DNA from: Eledone cirrhosa
Taxonomy: Eukaryota
Length of the DNA: 64,000 nucleotides
Reading direction: 5' to 3'
Assembly (NCBI GenBank): GCA_964016885.1
Contig: OZ024743.1
Span: 267,902,001-267,966,000, forward strand
Under the pieces are notes generated by a model. That model did not search any database. It saw only the letters and a program-made list of their open reading frames with translations, and had not been told where the DNA came from. Positions 13,035-27,107 of the stretch are shown here, one piece after another. The position numbers and the translations under genes are program-made. Numbering within the stretch: the first letter of the stretch is position 1; each line of letters starts with the position of its first letter.

Positions 13035-14429
13035 ATAAAATAAAAAAGAGTGTACCAGGGAAAATATGGATAATAGAAAGTTATAAAAGAAAGACAAACA
13101 GAAAAGAATTGGAAACAAAGAAGAATGAATTAAAGCAAGGATGAAAGAAGTAAAGATGGGTGGGCTGGAAGAGACATGAGATAAAGGGACAAAGGTGAAA
13201 TCCGACTGAAAGCCACGTTAAGGCGTATTAGAAGACTTCAATAGAGAGTTAAGCTAATCTCTTAAACATGTTTTATCACTTGCTGAAAAGATCTTAATAT
13301 GTGATGTGAGGGGCGGTTTGAGATAATCTTTTGATGGCAAAGATGAGAGCTGTTGGTATGATGGAGAACATGGAAGTTGGAGAGATAAGATAGTGGTGAG
13401 TAGAGAAGAAGTGAAGTGATAGAAAGAAAGAGGAAAAACAATGGCATACGTAATGTGACAGTTACAGAGAGAGGAAGAAAGCGAGTGAGAGAGTGAGAGA
13501 GGGAGAAGTGGAAGAAAGCGAGAGAGAGCGAGAGGAAGAAAGTGGGAGGGAGAGGGAGAGGGAGAGAGAGAGGGCGAGTGAGAAAAGAGTGACAGATAGT
13601 CAGAGATAGGGGATTTGTATGAGAAAGAAGATTGGAAGCAAAGACTGATTATATGTAAAAGCTTATGTGCCGAAGGACAGAGAGTACCTGGGTTCAATAA
13701 TGAAATATATATTATATATATATACATGCATACATATATACATACATACATATGTACATATATACATACATGCATACAAATATACATTCGTACATACATA
13801 CATATATCCGTACATACATACACATACAACATTGTAAACGGGATAAAGTGAAATTCTATGAAACCCTTCGCAACAATCTATCTCCATCTGTCTGTCTATA
13901 TAGGTCTCTTTTTTTATCTCTCTGTCTATAAATATATCCCAGCATGGCTTCAGCCGGATGGCTGGAACAGGTAAAAGAGGTAAAAGAATATGTAAAAGGT
14001 AAATATAAATAACAACACAATCAGTACAGTACGTAGAGAGAGACAGAGCAAGGGAGGGATAGATTTAGTTAAAGTTGCTTAATTATATATCTGAGATTAT
14101 GGTTTGTAAAAATGTTCACAGATGTATTAGAAACGGAAAAAATATAGTAGATTTTTTTCAAAACCTCGTTTACGTACAATTGCGTCTGAGATAAAACTAA
14201 ACATGTTATTATAAGCAAATTTGCTATGCCATATATCATTATACATATTAATATACGATTAGATGTATCTAGCAATATCGCTTGAATGCTAATAAGATAT
14301 GATTAATTAGATCCTCTAATTTTTTAAAATTATATTATATTTTCGTGTCAATTCTTGTTTGAATAGGTCATTCAAATACTATTTTCTCCGTCTGTGTCAC
14401 TGAAGTATATAACCCGAGGAATATGTTAT

Positions 14430-14700
14430 CTCACGTTCCCGATTGTCACAGCAGATAGAATTGCGTATGTGTTTTCCTGGAGGATACCACGGAAATACCT
14501 CGAGAAACCTGCTGGTAAGGACCATTTTTGCGGGTGACCAAAACCGTCATAATTACAATAAAAAGGGCAGTTATCCAGTGGACCCAGGATGCTAGAGGAT
14601 TCCACAACCAAAGATTTGATGATAAATTATCAGAGAATGACCATTACTTGATCAACTTGCGAACCTCAGTTTGTCGGGCAACGAAACCTAGACCTGCCAC
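14430..14700 (-). pseudogene. Highly decayed CRE-like RLE endonuclease C-terminal remnant
   Basis: VVESSSILGP...ILQENTYAILSAV resembles AVETTGVLGP...ILRGNALAILSA at 28790-29030. Confidence 0.5.
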
Positions 14701-15153
14701 TGAATTGCTTCTGGAGAAAATATCACTTCTGCAGTTCTCACTAACGAAAAGTGAATATATATGCCCTACTTTAATGTATAAATTGGAAAATGGAGAGTCG
14801 ATTATCAATAAGGTAATCTATTTTTAAAAAGTTTTGGGTTTACATAAATATATGAATAAAATGTACGCTTCGTACACATCGTAAACTTGAGTTCGATCAA
14901 GGAATGAGCAAAATTAGGCGTATCACTTCTTCCAGACACACAAGTTCGCAATACGTTATGAATTAAATATTCGTGAATATTTCATTCACAACCTATTTGT
15001 GAACAAGTGGCTTTCGAAGAAGTAATATAACCTGATCGAACCCACCTTTACGATGATATTTATCCACATAGTTATGTAAACCTAAACTATTGTGGAGGAT
15101 AAACTATTATAAAAAATAGATCCTCTTATTGTCATCTCTCCCATAGATATTTG

Positions 15154-15219
<66 letters not shown>

Positions 15220-15221
<2 letters not shown>

Positions 15222-16488
15222 TTAAAAGCAAAAAACAAAATCAATAACGAAGAATGCAGTAAAAACAGCGTAGGTATTAGGTTCAGCTTGAGAGTGGGGG
15301 ATGGGGGACGTCGTTGCGGGCATAAGCCCTTCATCAGAAGAAAAGTGGGAAGGAAAAGAGTTCCGAGGGGTTGAGGGGGAGTGGTGGAAAGACATTAAAG
15401 GGGGGAAAGAAATTAAAGGGAAGGAAAAAAAATTAAAATGAGGGTAAACAATTAAAAATGAAAACAAGTGGTGAAAGGGTGTTCGGCATATAGAGGTGGT
15501 GGTGGGTGGATGGAGGGGAGAGGGGAGAAGGAAACAGGGGTCCGAGCGAGGAAGCAGAATTTGGTGTGTGTGTGTATGTGTGTAGGTGTACGTCTGTTTG
15601 TGTATGTGTGGATGTGAGTGTGAGAGTTTGGGTAAGAACGATGTTCCATGTTCGGGTAATAGGAAAACCAGTGTGTACATGGGGTGGAGTCTAAGTCAGT
15701 ATCAATGTGCGTGTGGATGGAGGGGTGTCGGAGGGGGTGGCGGAGAGAGGATGTGCGGAGTCCAGAGGCCGAGTATGTGTATGTGAGGATACGCACGTGT
15801 GTGTGCGTGTTTTTGTGTAGTGTGGATACCTGGGAATGTACGGTTGCGTGTGTGCGAAAAAAGTGTAAGTGTTTTTGTGTGTGTGTTCCTGAATGTTTTG
15901 CCGGTGAGTGTATGGACAGATGGTGAAACAATCGGAGTATAAAAAGGTGGATGTCTGGAGCGTGTGACCAGTGGTGTATGATCCGTGGAATTGTGAGGAA
16001 GAAGCAGAGAGTTGTGGGGCGCGCGCGCAACAGGAAGTGGTCAAGAACATCAAGGCGGGCGGTGGAGAAGGCAGGGTGAAGGATGTGAGCGAGAGGAGAA
16101 AGCAGTGATGAGGAACACAGAGAGGCGAGTGATAATAGGCAGGGATTGTCTGTATGTGTGTGTGTATGTGTGTGCGGAGGTGTCGTGGAAAGGAGAGGAG
16201 GTGGGTTAGTGTGAAAAGAGGAGGGAGAGGGTGGCGGCGTCTGTGTATATTAGTGGAGGTGTTAGTAGGATGATGCGGGGAGTGTTGGTAATACGGAGGG
16301 AGAGAGAGAAGGTGCTGGGTACAGTATGAGTTAGTGTAATATACTGGTGTGTGTATGCGTGTTTGGGTATGAGGGTGTGTGTGTGTGGTAGAGTAGGTGT
16401 TATTATTATTAATGGTGGGGGGGGTCGAATACGGGTGTGTGTGTGAGTGGGAGTTGGCGGAGGTTGTGCCGGTGTGGTCTGCGTTGGG
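15220..16488 (-). mobile_element. Probable Penelope-like 3' non-coding remnant (CA/CT-rich region, degenerate hammerhead, tail into (TA)n)
   Basis: Island between (TA)n tracts. Minus strand near 15305-15345 reads CTGATGA-AGGGC TTAT GCCC-GCAA-CGACGTC (GAAA mutated, stem I lost). Confidence 0.5.
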
Positions 16489-16572
<84 letters not shown>

Positions 16573-16574
<2 letters not shown>

Positions 16575-16733
16575 AGTAAGTAAGACGGCTAATTCTATAC
16601 AGAATTAGCCGTCGAAACGGCTTGAGCTCAGCCGTCGGGGTCTTACTTACTCCTATTACCCACTCTACTACCCTAAGTATTGAGTACTTTGGTGCTTTAT
16701 GGTCCACCTGGTTCCTTACCACTTTTCCTTCGC
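16573..16733 (+). mobile_element. Family B element with fold-back
   Basis: GGAGTAAGTAAGAC...GTCTTACTTACTCC inverted pair, internal hairpin GACGGCTAATTCT/AGAATTAGCCGTC, family B tail. Confidence 0.8.
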
Positions 16734-16751
16734 TATATATATATATGAGTG

Positions 16752-16881
<130 letters not shown>

Positions 16882-17850
16882 ATATATATAGTGTTAAGTA
16901 TTTCCGTAGAAAATGCAAAGGAAAGAACAGTGCTGTATGAATAGTGCAGAGCTGTTTAATTACATAATAAACAATACAATATAATTATTCCATTACCAAA
17001 GATTTCAGGAAACTCGACGATCCTTAAATAAATGCTCTACTCGTTCATCAGATGAAATGGTTATATTTTGCATATAAGTTTTGAAATCGATTTCAATTAA
17101 AAATTAAAGTGAGGCTGAGTTAAATATCAACTTATAATGCACGTGTATGTGTGCATGTGTGTGTGTATGCGTGTGTATATATGTGTGTATGTCTGTGTCT
17201 GTGATTGTGTGTCTGTGTATGTGTGCAAATCTCTGTGTGTATGTGTGCGTCTGTGATTGTTTGTGTGTGTGTAATCGAAACTTTTTTTTAACTAAACTGC
17301 TACGTGAGACATAATTAACATGCAAGATTCAGGTCCGCCCTAATTGCATCATTTGTTTCGATGATAATAAATATATACGAAATAATGTAGTGGTGTAGAT
17401 TCAATCCAACAAAAACCATTGAAGTTAGTGCCACAACATAACTAGTGTTAAATGAATGAAACAAGTAATAATAGCGGTAGTAGAAGTAGTAGCAAAAGGA
17501 GCAGCACGACTGTCCACGATATGTGACAGAAATATGAAAGTTAAGTTTACTGAGAGAAACACATATAAATCAATGACAAAAAAGACCTTACACTTGAAAC
17601 TGAATAAAGAACAATAAAGAAAAGAAAAACGCTTAACGATTACAGTTGCAGCAGCATTTGTTTTAATAGGGAGATGTCAAAATGAAGAGATTAGAAGGGC
17701 TTCGAATTGGAGCTCTGCTATTAGACAATATGGCACCAAATACTTCATAGGAACTAATCTTATTGCTTCCTCATTTCATATGTCTTTATGTTTGCACACA
17801 ACAAAACGCATTTAATTTCACTCCAACAAGAATTATTATTATTATTATTA

Positions 17851-20800
17851 ACGTTGCATTTATGTTCATACGAGTTATCACCAAGTAACAACCAGTGACC
17901 CAAGAGACAACAAGGTCCGCCATGTTCAAGAAAGAACATACATAAACACACATGCATCTTTAAGTGTTTAGACTTGTGATGTACTTATATTGACAGAATC
18001 TTCCTTAATATATGGGCAGTTCCCATTAGTACTATCTTTTGTATTTCTCCTATACGCGGGTTTCCTGGGATTTGCGATAAGAAATCATTAGACCCCTTAG
18101 GTATCATTCCTAGAGCGCCTACAACCACTGGTATTGTTTTAGTTCTGAATTTCCACATTTTTCCAATTTCTATCTCCAGGTCCTTATACTTGCTCAATTT
18201 TTCAAATGTTTTTATAGATACATTCTTGTCTATTGGATCGGACATATCAATTAGCAGGCATACCCTCTTTTTAAAGTACTTCAGTATTATATCAGGTCTA
18301 TTTGCATCTATTTTTCGGTCTGTTTGGATGCTAAAGTTCCACAAGATTGAGATGTGATATTTTTCAAGTATGGGAGGTGGTTGGGCTCCCACCAATTCTT
18401 TTGATGGGGCAGGTCAAACTGCTTATGTGCAGCAATGTCATGCCTGTTTAGGTATTCGGTTGGAGCTATAGGACTGCACATTGAAAGTATATGATCAATT
18501 GTCTCTGGTTGTTTTTTACATACACGGCATAATGGGATGCATCCATTTTTTATTATGTTGGCTTGGTAATTTTTTGTTGGCAAACACTGATCAAGTGCTG
18601 ATATAATCAGTCCTTCAGTCTCCGATTTCAGTCCAGAGAATGCCAACCACTGATGGGTTAAAGTTTTGTCAATAACAGGGTTGTTAACTCTTTCTGGGTA
18701 TTTGCCATACAGAGGCTATTCTTGCAATTTCTTAGCCAGATTCTGTAGCAGTTCTTTCTTTGCAGTTACTTTTACCTGCTTTGCCTTTTCTGTGTTTTCC
18801 ATTTCAGCAGTAAATGGGACTTCTGAAATGTGTAGTCCATTACTGTATCTTTGTGGATCTTTTGTAATGGAGTATGATCTTTTGATGCTTTCGTGTTTCA
18901 AAACGAGTTTGATCATCCAATCATGTGATTCCCTTAGATATGTAGATAATCCATTTGTTGCAGTTTTCAACGCAATATCTAACTGGATTAACCCACGTCC
19001 TCCTTCTTTCATAGGGAGATATATTCTATCTGTATCTGCCTTAGGGTGATGCAATCTGTGCATGGTTAAGAATTTTCTAATTTTTGTATCGAGCCTACGG
19101 ATCTCTGTGCTTGACCAGTTGATGACATTGTAACTGTAGGTTACTACTGGTATGGCAAGCGTGTTTATGGCATCGATCCTATTCCTTGCATTCAATTCCG
19201 TTCTTAAGATTACTCTTACTCTGTGGTAACATTACTTCTTTATCCTTTCCCTCATTGTCGAGTGCTTGATTCCGTCTCCTTCACAATCACCTAGATATTT
19301 GTAAGTTTCCTCTTGATGAAGTTCTCTTATCACATTCCGTCGATCAAGATTAATGTCTGAACTTTTCAGCAGCTTTCCTCTGGTGAACGTAGCTTTGGCG
19401 CATTTATCTAGTCCAAACACTATTTTAATATCTTCACTGAAATGCTCCACAGTGGATAATAGGGCAATTGTTCATCATTTTTTGCAAATAGTTTCAGTTC
19501 ATCCATGTAGAATAAGTGATTAATGGTTTTGTCATAGACTTTATATCCATGTTTTGTTTCATTGAGCATTTTACTTAATGGTATAAGTGCGATGCAGAAT
19601 AAAAACGGTGATAAAGAGTTACCCTGAAAAATTCCACAATTAATATTAACTTCTCCATCTTCCAATGATTTTTTTTCACTATTCAAATGGAGTGTCGTTT
19701 TCCATGTCTTCATACTGAATGACAGGAACCTCCTGAAAACGGGAAAATCTCTAAATATTTTTCAATCCAACTGTGTGGCAAACTATCGAATGCTTTTTTT
19801 ATAATCTATCTAAGCAATTGATAGATTTTTATGTCTATTATGACAATCTTCCAGTATCATTTTCTTAACCAAAAGCTGATATATGGGCCTCGTTTACACC
19901 CTTTCTGCTCATTGGGAAATAGATCATTTGTTATCAGGTGGTCATATGTATATTCAGTTAGGACTGATGTTAAGATTTTATACATTGTTGTCAAGCAAGT
20001 TATCGGTCTGTAATTTTGGGGATTGTTTGTCTCATCATTCTTCGGAAGGAGGAATGTAATGCTGTTAACTAGCCATGATGGTATCTTTTCTGGCTCCTTA
20101 ACTGTTTCATAGTAAAGTTGGGCTAACAGCTCATAAGACTCTGTGAAGGCATTTATCAAAACATTTGGTATTTTGACTTTTCCTGGGGATATCCATTTGC
20201 TGGTTTTTCTAAGAGCCAAACGCAACTCTTCAACTGTTATATTTTCCCATATTTGTTCCTCAACGTGAGCTGTATTTTTCATTTGTCTGTCTATCCATGG
20301 GGCATGAATATTATGAAATTTTTCTTCGTCCAAGATCTTTTCCCAGAATTCTTGCACTTCCTCCTTGGGTGGTATTGATTTAGCAGTTATTGTTGACTTG
20401 CCAATTTTTCTGTAGAAGTTTCTTAGGTTGTTTTTGAACATATTATTGTCCTTATAGAATCTAGATCGTTTTTCAAAGCGCCTTATACGAGAAGCTTTGG
20501 CTGACACTTTTTGCTTGATTATTTCTATCAGCATGTCCATGTCACTTGGCGATTTTATACTGTATTTTCTTTTCAATTTTCTAAGTTTAGTTTGTTTAAC
20601 ATGTTCAGCTACTTTGTAGTTTGTTAACATTTCTATGTCAGATCGGAGAAGGTTCATTTGGCGATTGATGTTCTCTTGCCAAGAAGATTTCTTGTGGGAA
20701 TTCCTTTGTTTTTTTATTTTCACTCCACATAAGTGAGTGGTGACTTTAGCGGATGCATAATAAAGATGATTTAAATCAGTAATGGTTAGTTTGTTCATGA

Positions 20801-21786
20801 GGATAATGTTTTTGAGAATTATCTTAGTCTTGTGTATTATCTTTTGGTTTTGTTTGGAGTTCTGGATCTTAGGGAGAGTGTATCATTCCCCCATGTCAGA
20901 TTCTGTCATTTTCATCCATTCGATCATAATTTCATCCTTCAAGTTGGCAAGTTCATTCTCATTGTTTTCATTTTGAGTTTCATCTTGAGCATGCACTCCC
21001 TCCACTTTTACGATTCTTTCTTTAATTTTTTCTGTTGTCAGTGATTCCGCCCCAACCCTGGGATTCGAAGTGTTACAATTTACCTCGTTTTCCCTGACAC
21101 ATGTTTTATTTTCCTTTCGCTGACTTTGTGCTAATAGCTTGATCTGATCAATTTGTATATCAGTTAGTAACTTCTTTTTAACAATATTTCTTCGTATATT
21201 GGCTAGTTTGTTACTGTCAATATAGCCTCTGTTTTCGGGATGTTTCTTTTTCCAGTTGATATATGTCTGTTCTGTAATCGATGTATTTGATGGGTAGTAC
21301 ATGGCAGTGTAGAAGGCCTCAAGGACTTCTTAATTGTCTTCCCTTGACCATTTTTCTCTATTTTTCTTTGGATTTCTTGGTGGTGAGCATGGAGGGCCAA
21401 CAGTAGGAGTATTCCGGTTATGGGAGGTCTCCAGCCCCGAAATGATGGGAAGGTTTGAACCATTATCTGATTTTTCGACCCCAGTCTGGTTCTTCTCTGA
21501 GGGACGCGGCCCTTTTTGACCCGGGTGACGGCCGATCCGGTATGAGATTTTATCATTTGACATTTACTTTATTTTGTCCTTAACCGCCAAGGGGTAATCA
21601 TTTCGTGTTACCACGTCTAGGACGAGTGTCAACCAAGACTAGAGGAGTCGTCCTCCCCTAGACACACGGCTATTCCCCGCCGGCCGCCATCCCAGTATTT
21701 TTTGGTCACGGGGTTTTCTTTTTTGTTGTTTTTTAAATTGTTATTATCATGAGTGGTTCCTTAATGTGGGCATTGCGGGGCTTAAG
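17851..21786 (-). mobile_element. Near full-length, frameshifted Dong/R4-clade non-LTR retrotransposon
   Basis: ORF pieces 21563->17985 give an N-terminal KWSREDN..YINWKKKHP..KLANIRRNIVKKKLLT motif, RT, CCHC and RLE. 3'UTR matches 319-459. (TTA)n at 17832-17850 and a short TTA at 21790. GC-rich 5'UTR. Confidence 0.93.
17985..21563 (-). pseudogene. Disrupted single ORF (RT-RLE) of Dong-like element
   Basis: At least eight collinear ORF fragments matching the 684-aa ORF, with frameshifts/stops and YMDD->YMDE. Confidence 0.92.
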
Positions 21787-22779
21787 AAATTATTATTAAT
21801 AATATAATATACTTTTTGTTGAAGTTGCCTGTTATTGTTGTTGGCTATGTCGGTGGTGGTGCTGGGGCTTTTTCTATTGTTGGTGGGGAAAGGGGGTGCC
21901 AGCAGTGTCATAGTCCTTGACGCTTGACCGGGTATTTATTTATATCTTTGGCTAGACTCTCCCATGTCTAGTGATACCGCTACCTTCCCCTTTTTTAAGT
22001 TAACAGAAGGTAGTGGGGGAATAGTGGTGGTAGCAATGAAGGAGTGGTGGCGGCGGTGATGGGATAGTGGTAGCAATGATGGAGTGGTGGTGGCGGTGAC
22101 TATAGTGATGGCGTTGTCGTTACTGAGTTTTGTTTAATAGACTGCAGTAGGTTGCGTTTGTTTGATCTGTGTATCTATGCGGTTTATCGCGTATGTTGAC
22201 TATATGTGCTGACATATTACCTTAATATTTGAATTAAACATTTTGAGAAAACTTGAGATACAATAATAGTAATTATTATTATTATGCTGGGATTGGTGGT
22301 GCTGGTGGTTAAATTGCCGTTATCTGGCTGTTATATTTAGTGTACACAGAGGGGTGATGGGATAGGTGGTGAATCTAGTTTGTGGTGTGGGTGAAATTGC
22401 TATTATTTGGCTGTTCTATATAGTGTAGACAGAGGGGGTTTTCTGCCATTTATAACCATTTTCTTTTTTTAATATAACATTTATAATACAAAATTGAATA
22501 GTTGAGCGATATAACAGGATATTATGGATACGAATTTCCTGAGAGCGAAGCCTGGCGATTTATGTCCCATTTTTACTACGAATTGTTATATCACAATTGT
22601 TTTAAATATGTTAAAAATCGAAAACTTAGGGGAGCGATTCCATAACACACTGTCCACCACGTGCGTCCTCTTCTCTTATCATTATTATTATTATTATTAT
22701 TATTATTACAATTATTATTATCATTATGTAATGTTATGTTAACCCTCGTGGTTAATAAAGAAATTAGTATTATTATTAC

Positions 22780-22780
<1 letters not shown>

Positions 22781-22839
<59 letters not shown>

Positions 22840-22868
22840 CGTTGTTGTTGTTGTCGTTGTTGTTGTTG
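22781..22868. repeat. (GTT)n microsatellite
   Basis: Direct sequence. Confidence 0.95.
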
Positions 22869-23849
22869 CTGTTTATAATGTTTTGTTGTTATTCGATTCA
22901 ATATCGAAGGTCGATTATATAATCTGCTAGTGGAGCATAGGGATCAATATAATTGACCGTTCTTCTTTCCTTAAATTTCGGTGGAAAGGCAGCATCCTCA
23001 AAAGGGAGACAAAATGTATTTCAGTATTTCTACTAGTTCGTTCCGTACTGAGTTTAAAATTACTCCGAGTTAAACTTAGCTATGCCTCATTTGGCTTTGA
23101 TAAACTAACGTACAAGTTCAATACTGGTGTCAATTTCGTCGACTAATTCCTTTCCAAATCCCGATCTTACTGTGTTTAGGAGAAATGGAGAGAAAACCCT
23201 CTCTATGGTCAGTATGCCATATGGCGCGAGAGAGATGAACTAACAATTGTGAAAAATCTTTCTAAAAAATTTGATTTGAAAACGACTGAGTAGTATAAGC
23301 ATAGTTGGTACACAGCAATTACAAGAAAATCAACATCATTAAAAAAGCAAAGGTCTTTAAAATACAACAGCAACAACAACAACAAAAACACTGATGTTGC
23401 ACAAAAGAACATAAACCGAAATAAAGATGTATAATAACATGGTCAGAATAGAGTCAATATAATCACAACTACAATAACATCATATTTATCCCCCCCACTC
23501 CTCCTTCTCCTCCTCCTCCTCCTCCTCTTCATCCTCCTCCTCCTCCTCCTCCTCCTCCTCCTCCTCATCATCATCATCATCATCACCATCGTCATCATCA
23601 TCATCGTCATTGTCATCGTCATCATCATCATCATCATCATCATCATCACCATCATAATTGTCATCATTATCGCCATGGACAACGTGATAATCAGTACATC
23701 ATAACCATTACTGGTTTTCTCACCATCATCATTAAAATTAGCATGGCTCACATTACCATTAGTAGAATGAATAAACCACAATACATCACCAATAACACAA
23801 ACAAAAACAACAGAAAGCAACTTCAACTATATGTGTTTCTGATTTTGGC

Positions 23850-24050
23850 ACAGAGCCAGCAATTTTTAGGAAAGAAACAGTCGATTATATCGACGACACT
23901 ACTAGACGGGCGTTTTACCTTATCGATCTTGGAATGATGAAGGGTTAAATTGATCATAGCGTGATTTGAACTCATCACGTAAACAGCCGTAGTCAAATAC
24001 CGGAAGGAATTTTGTACTCCGCTATTAACATCTCTGTCAATCCACAGCCT
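23850..24050 (-). mobile_element. Old degenerate SINE family 1 copy
   Basis: TTTTGGCACAGAGCCAGCAATT, ATCGA..GGAATGATGAAGG, GATTTGAACTCA, CTGTCAATCCAC motifs. Confidence 0.65.
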
Positions 24051-24179
24051 TCAATAATTAAAATGACAATATTTGTGTGTTGAAACAAAATATGCTTCTA
24101 GCCAAATTGAAATGTGTAAGTATCGTGTATATATGTATGAATATATGCATTATTGTATATATGTATGTATTTATGTATG

Positions 24180-24211
<32 letters not shown>

Positions 24212-24627
24212 TGTATGTATGTATGTATGTATGTATGTATGTATGTATATATGTATGTATATAAATATGTATGTATGTGACTGCATGATTATATGAAATA
24301 TTCTGCCTGTTTGTAAGTGTCAATGTTCAAAAGTACACATTAGAGTTGGCGGCGTACATGGATGCAGATAATATTGAAGTGATCTATAAAAATGCTTCAA
24401 GGGCTTCTTCCTGCATAAGAAACTGTGTGTCGATGAGGTGGTGGTTCAAGTGTTATTGATCTATGTGTTATCGTTCATGGTGGAGTTGGTAGAGATTATG
24501 GCGTCGCTAGAGTTGTGAACAAGATGGGTAGGTAGAGCAAGGTAGTGAGGTAAAGTTATATCAGAGAGAGAGGGAAGGAGGAAAATTAACAAGAGAAATT
24601 GTTATAATATAAAGTGGATATGAAAGG

Positions 24628-24840
<213 letters not shown>

Positions 24841-24861
24841 ATATATATATATATTATATAA

Positions 24862-24892
<31 letters not shown>

Positions 24893-24900
24893 CAGTATAT

Positions 24901-25074
24901 ATGACGGCGATGAATTAGTTTTTCAATTTTTTTTTATATGATATCGTGTGTTGTAACCAATATTCTCATATTCGGGGAAGGTTATATTCTTATAATATTA
25001 TAACAATATGACCCTCCCCAAATATAACAATATTTGTTTCAATACACGATTTCATATAAAAAATCTTGCAAAAC
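24901..25074 (-). mobile_element. Fold-back element family D
   Basis: Imperfect ~75-bp arms centred on TATAAT|ATTATA (~24996). Terminus ACGGCGATGAATTAG matches 59557-59571. Between (TA)n tracts. Confidence 0.78.
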
Positions 25075-25138
25075 ATATATATATATATATATAGTGACGA
25101 AACATAAGTCAATCGCATGAACTCATAATCCTTTATTC

Positions 25139-25194
25139 ACTGCTATATATATTTCGATGATAGCCATTGAATGGCTATGACCTCATCAGGCAGT
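25139..25194 (-). ncRNA. Type I minimal hammerhead ribozyme in a (TA)n-embedded island (25094-25258)
   Basis: ACTGC-CTGATGA-GGTCATAGCCAT/tca/ATGGCTATCATC-GAAA-TATATA-TA^GCAGT; perfect 5-bp stem I. Confidence 0.85.
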
Positions 25195-25262
25195 TAGTCA
25201 GTTCTTAGATATTCCACTTCTGTGTTTATGGTGTTGATGGTATGAGAACCTTGGGACATATT

Positions 25263-25373
<111 letters not shown>

Positions 25374-27058
25374 CTGTGTGTGTGTGTGTGTGTGTGTATA
25401 ATACTCAATTTCCTGACACATATTGTCTCTAGCAGTAATTTTTGCACATAAGTCCAATCCCCTCTCCTCACCAGAACTTCATATGGAAAAATGTGTGCGG
25501 TGACACGTTTACGTACTCCATCACACAGAAATAAGTTATGTTCAGAATGAGCCAAAATATCAGGAGCTCAAATATGTCTGATTGTATTTACTCGTTAATA
25601 AAATCTTTGTAAAACTGGTTCAATCTCGGATAGCTGCTTTTAATATCGTCTTTAAATGTAATTTATTAGAAGTTTCTGTTACACCTGTTATATGTATTTC
25701 TGTGTGTTTATCCTTGTTTATATGAATATTGATGGGTTTGCCTTTGTGTTCGTTGGAATCTGTGTGTATGTGTGTGAGTGTGTGTGTGGGGGGGCGTGTG
25801 TGCGTATGTCTACGCATGTATTAATGTGTATGTGTCCGCGTGTGTATGAATCTGAATGTCTGTCCATGTGTGTTTGAATTTTTATGAGTATAGGTTTGAG
25901 CTTCTGAAAGTTTATCAATAAATGCGTATGTGTGTATCATGTATATGTATGGACATATGTGTAATCATGTGTAGGTATGACCTATGCTTATGTCTATATG
26001 TGTATGACTGTAAACGTCTGAATGGATATGTAAATATGTATGACTATGATGTAATAATTTGTATGTGTGTTTATCCTCAACTGTATTAGTGTGTCAACGT
26101 GTGCTTTAAAATAAGTTTCTGCATCAGCATCACCGCCTGTGTGTGTTTATGAAGACGTATGTTTATATCCTTCTGTCTATGAATGTTTGTGTCTCCATGA
26201 TCATGCGTGAAAGTGTATATGTGTACATCTATGCTTTCATAAATATTGATGTGTGTTCGTATATGAATAATCGTGCATATTTCTGTGAGAGTATAAAAGT
26301 GTGTTTATCAATGTGTGTATGAAAGTGCGTGGATATATGTATAAATGAATGTGTACGTGAGCATGTGTTTCTCAATGTGAATGTCTGTCCATAGATGCAT
26401 AAATGTGTGTGTGTGTGTACGAGTGTCCAAGTAAATATGAATGTGTATGTGTTTGTCCACGTGTGTATAAACGTGATTATCTGTATGTCCACGCGGGTAC
26501 GAGGAAGTGTGATTCCTAGGGTGTATTACTGTGTATGTTTAAGAGTCCATCTGAGTATCAATGTGTATATATTTTGCCATATGATTGTAAATGTATATTT
26601 GTATGTACATTTATGTCAGGATGCGCATACGTTTTTATGTTTCTGTGACTCTGTGTAGCTATGTGTGTAAAAATATGAATGCGTCTATTAATGTGTTCTG
26701 GAGCTTGATTTAAATTAAACAATCTAATCGAAGATTGTTATTCTTATATTTATGTTCTTTTCTCCCGCTTCTCCTATCGTTCTCTCCGTCTCTTCTTTAT
26801 TGATAATAATGTTGTTGTTATTGCTGATGTAGTTATTGATCATTTTCCAGTTGTCGAAAAGTTAATGATGATGCTGTTGATTGTAGACCACCCCTATCAT
26901 CCTCATCGTATTCCCTCCACCTCCTCCACCTCTCCTCCTCATCACCCACATCATCATCATCATCATCATCATTATCATCGTCCTCATCAAATTCAACAAC
27001 ACCATATTTGTTGTCATCAAAATTACCGTCACCATCGTCGTCGGTATCATTATCATCA

Positions 27059-27107
<49 letters not shown>

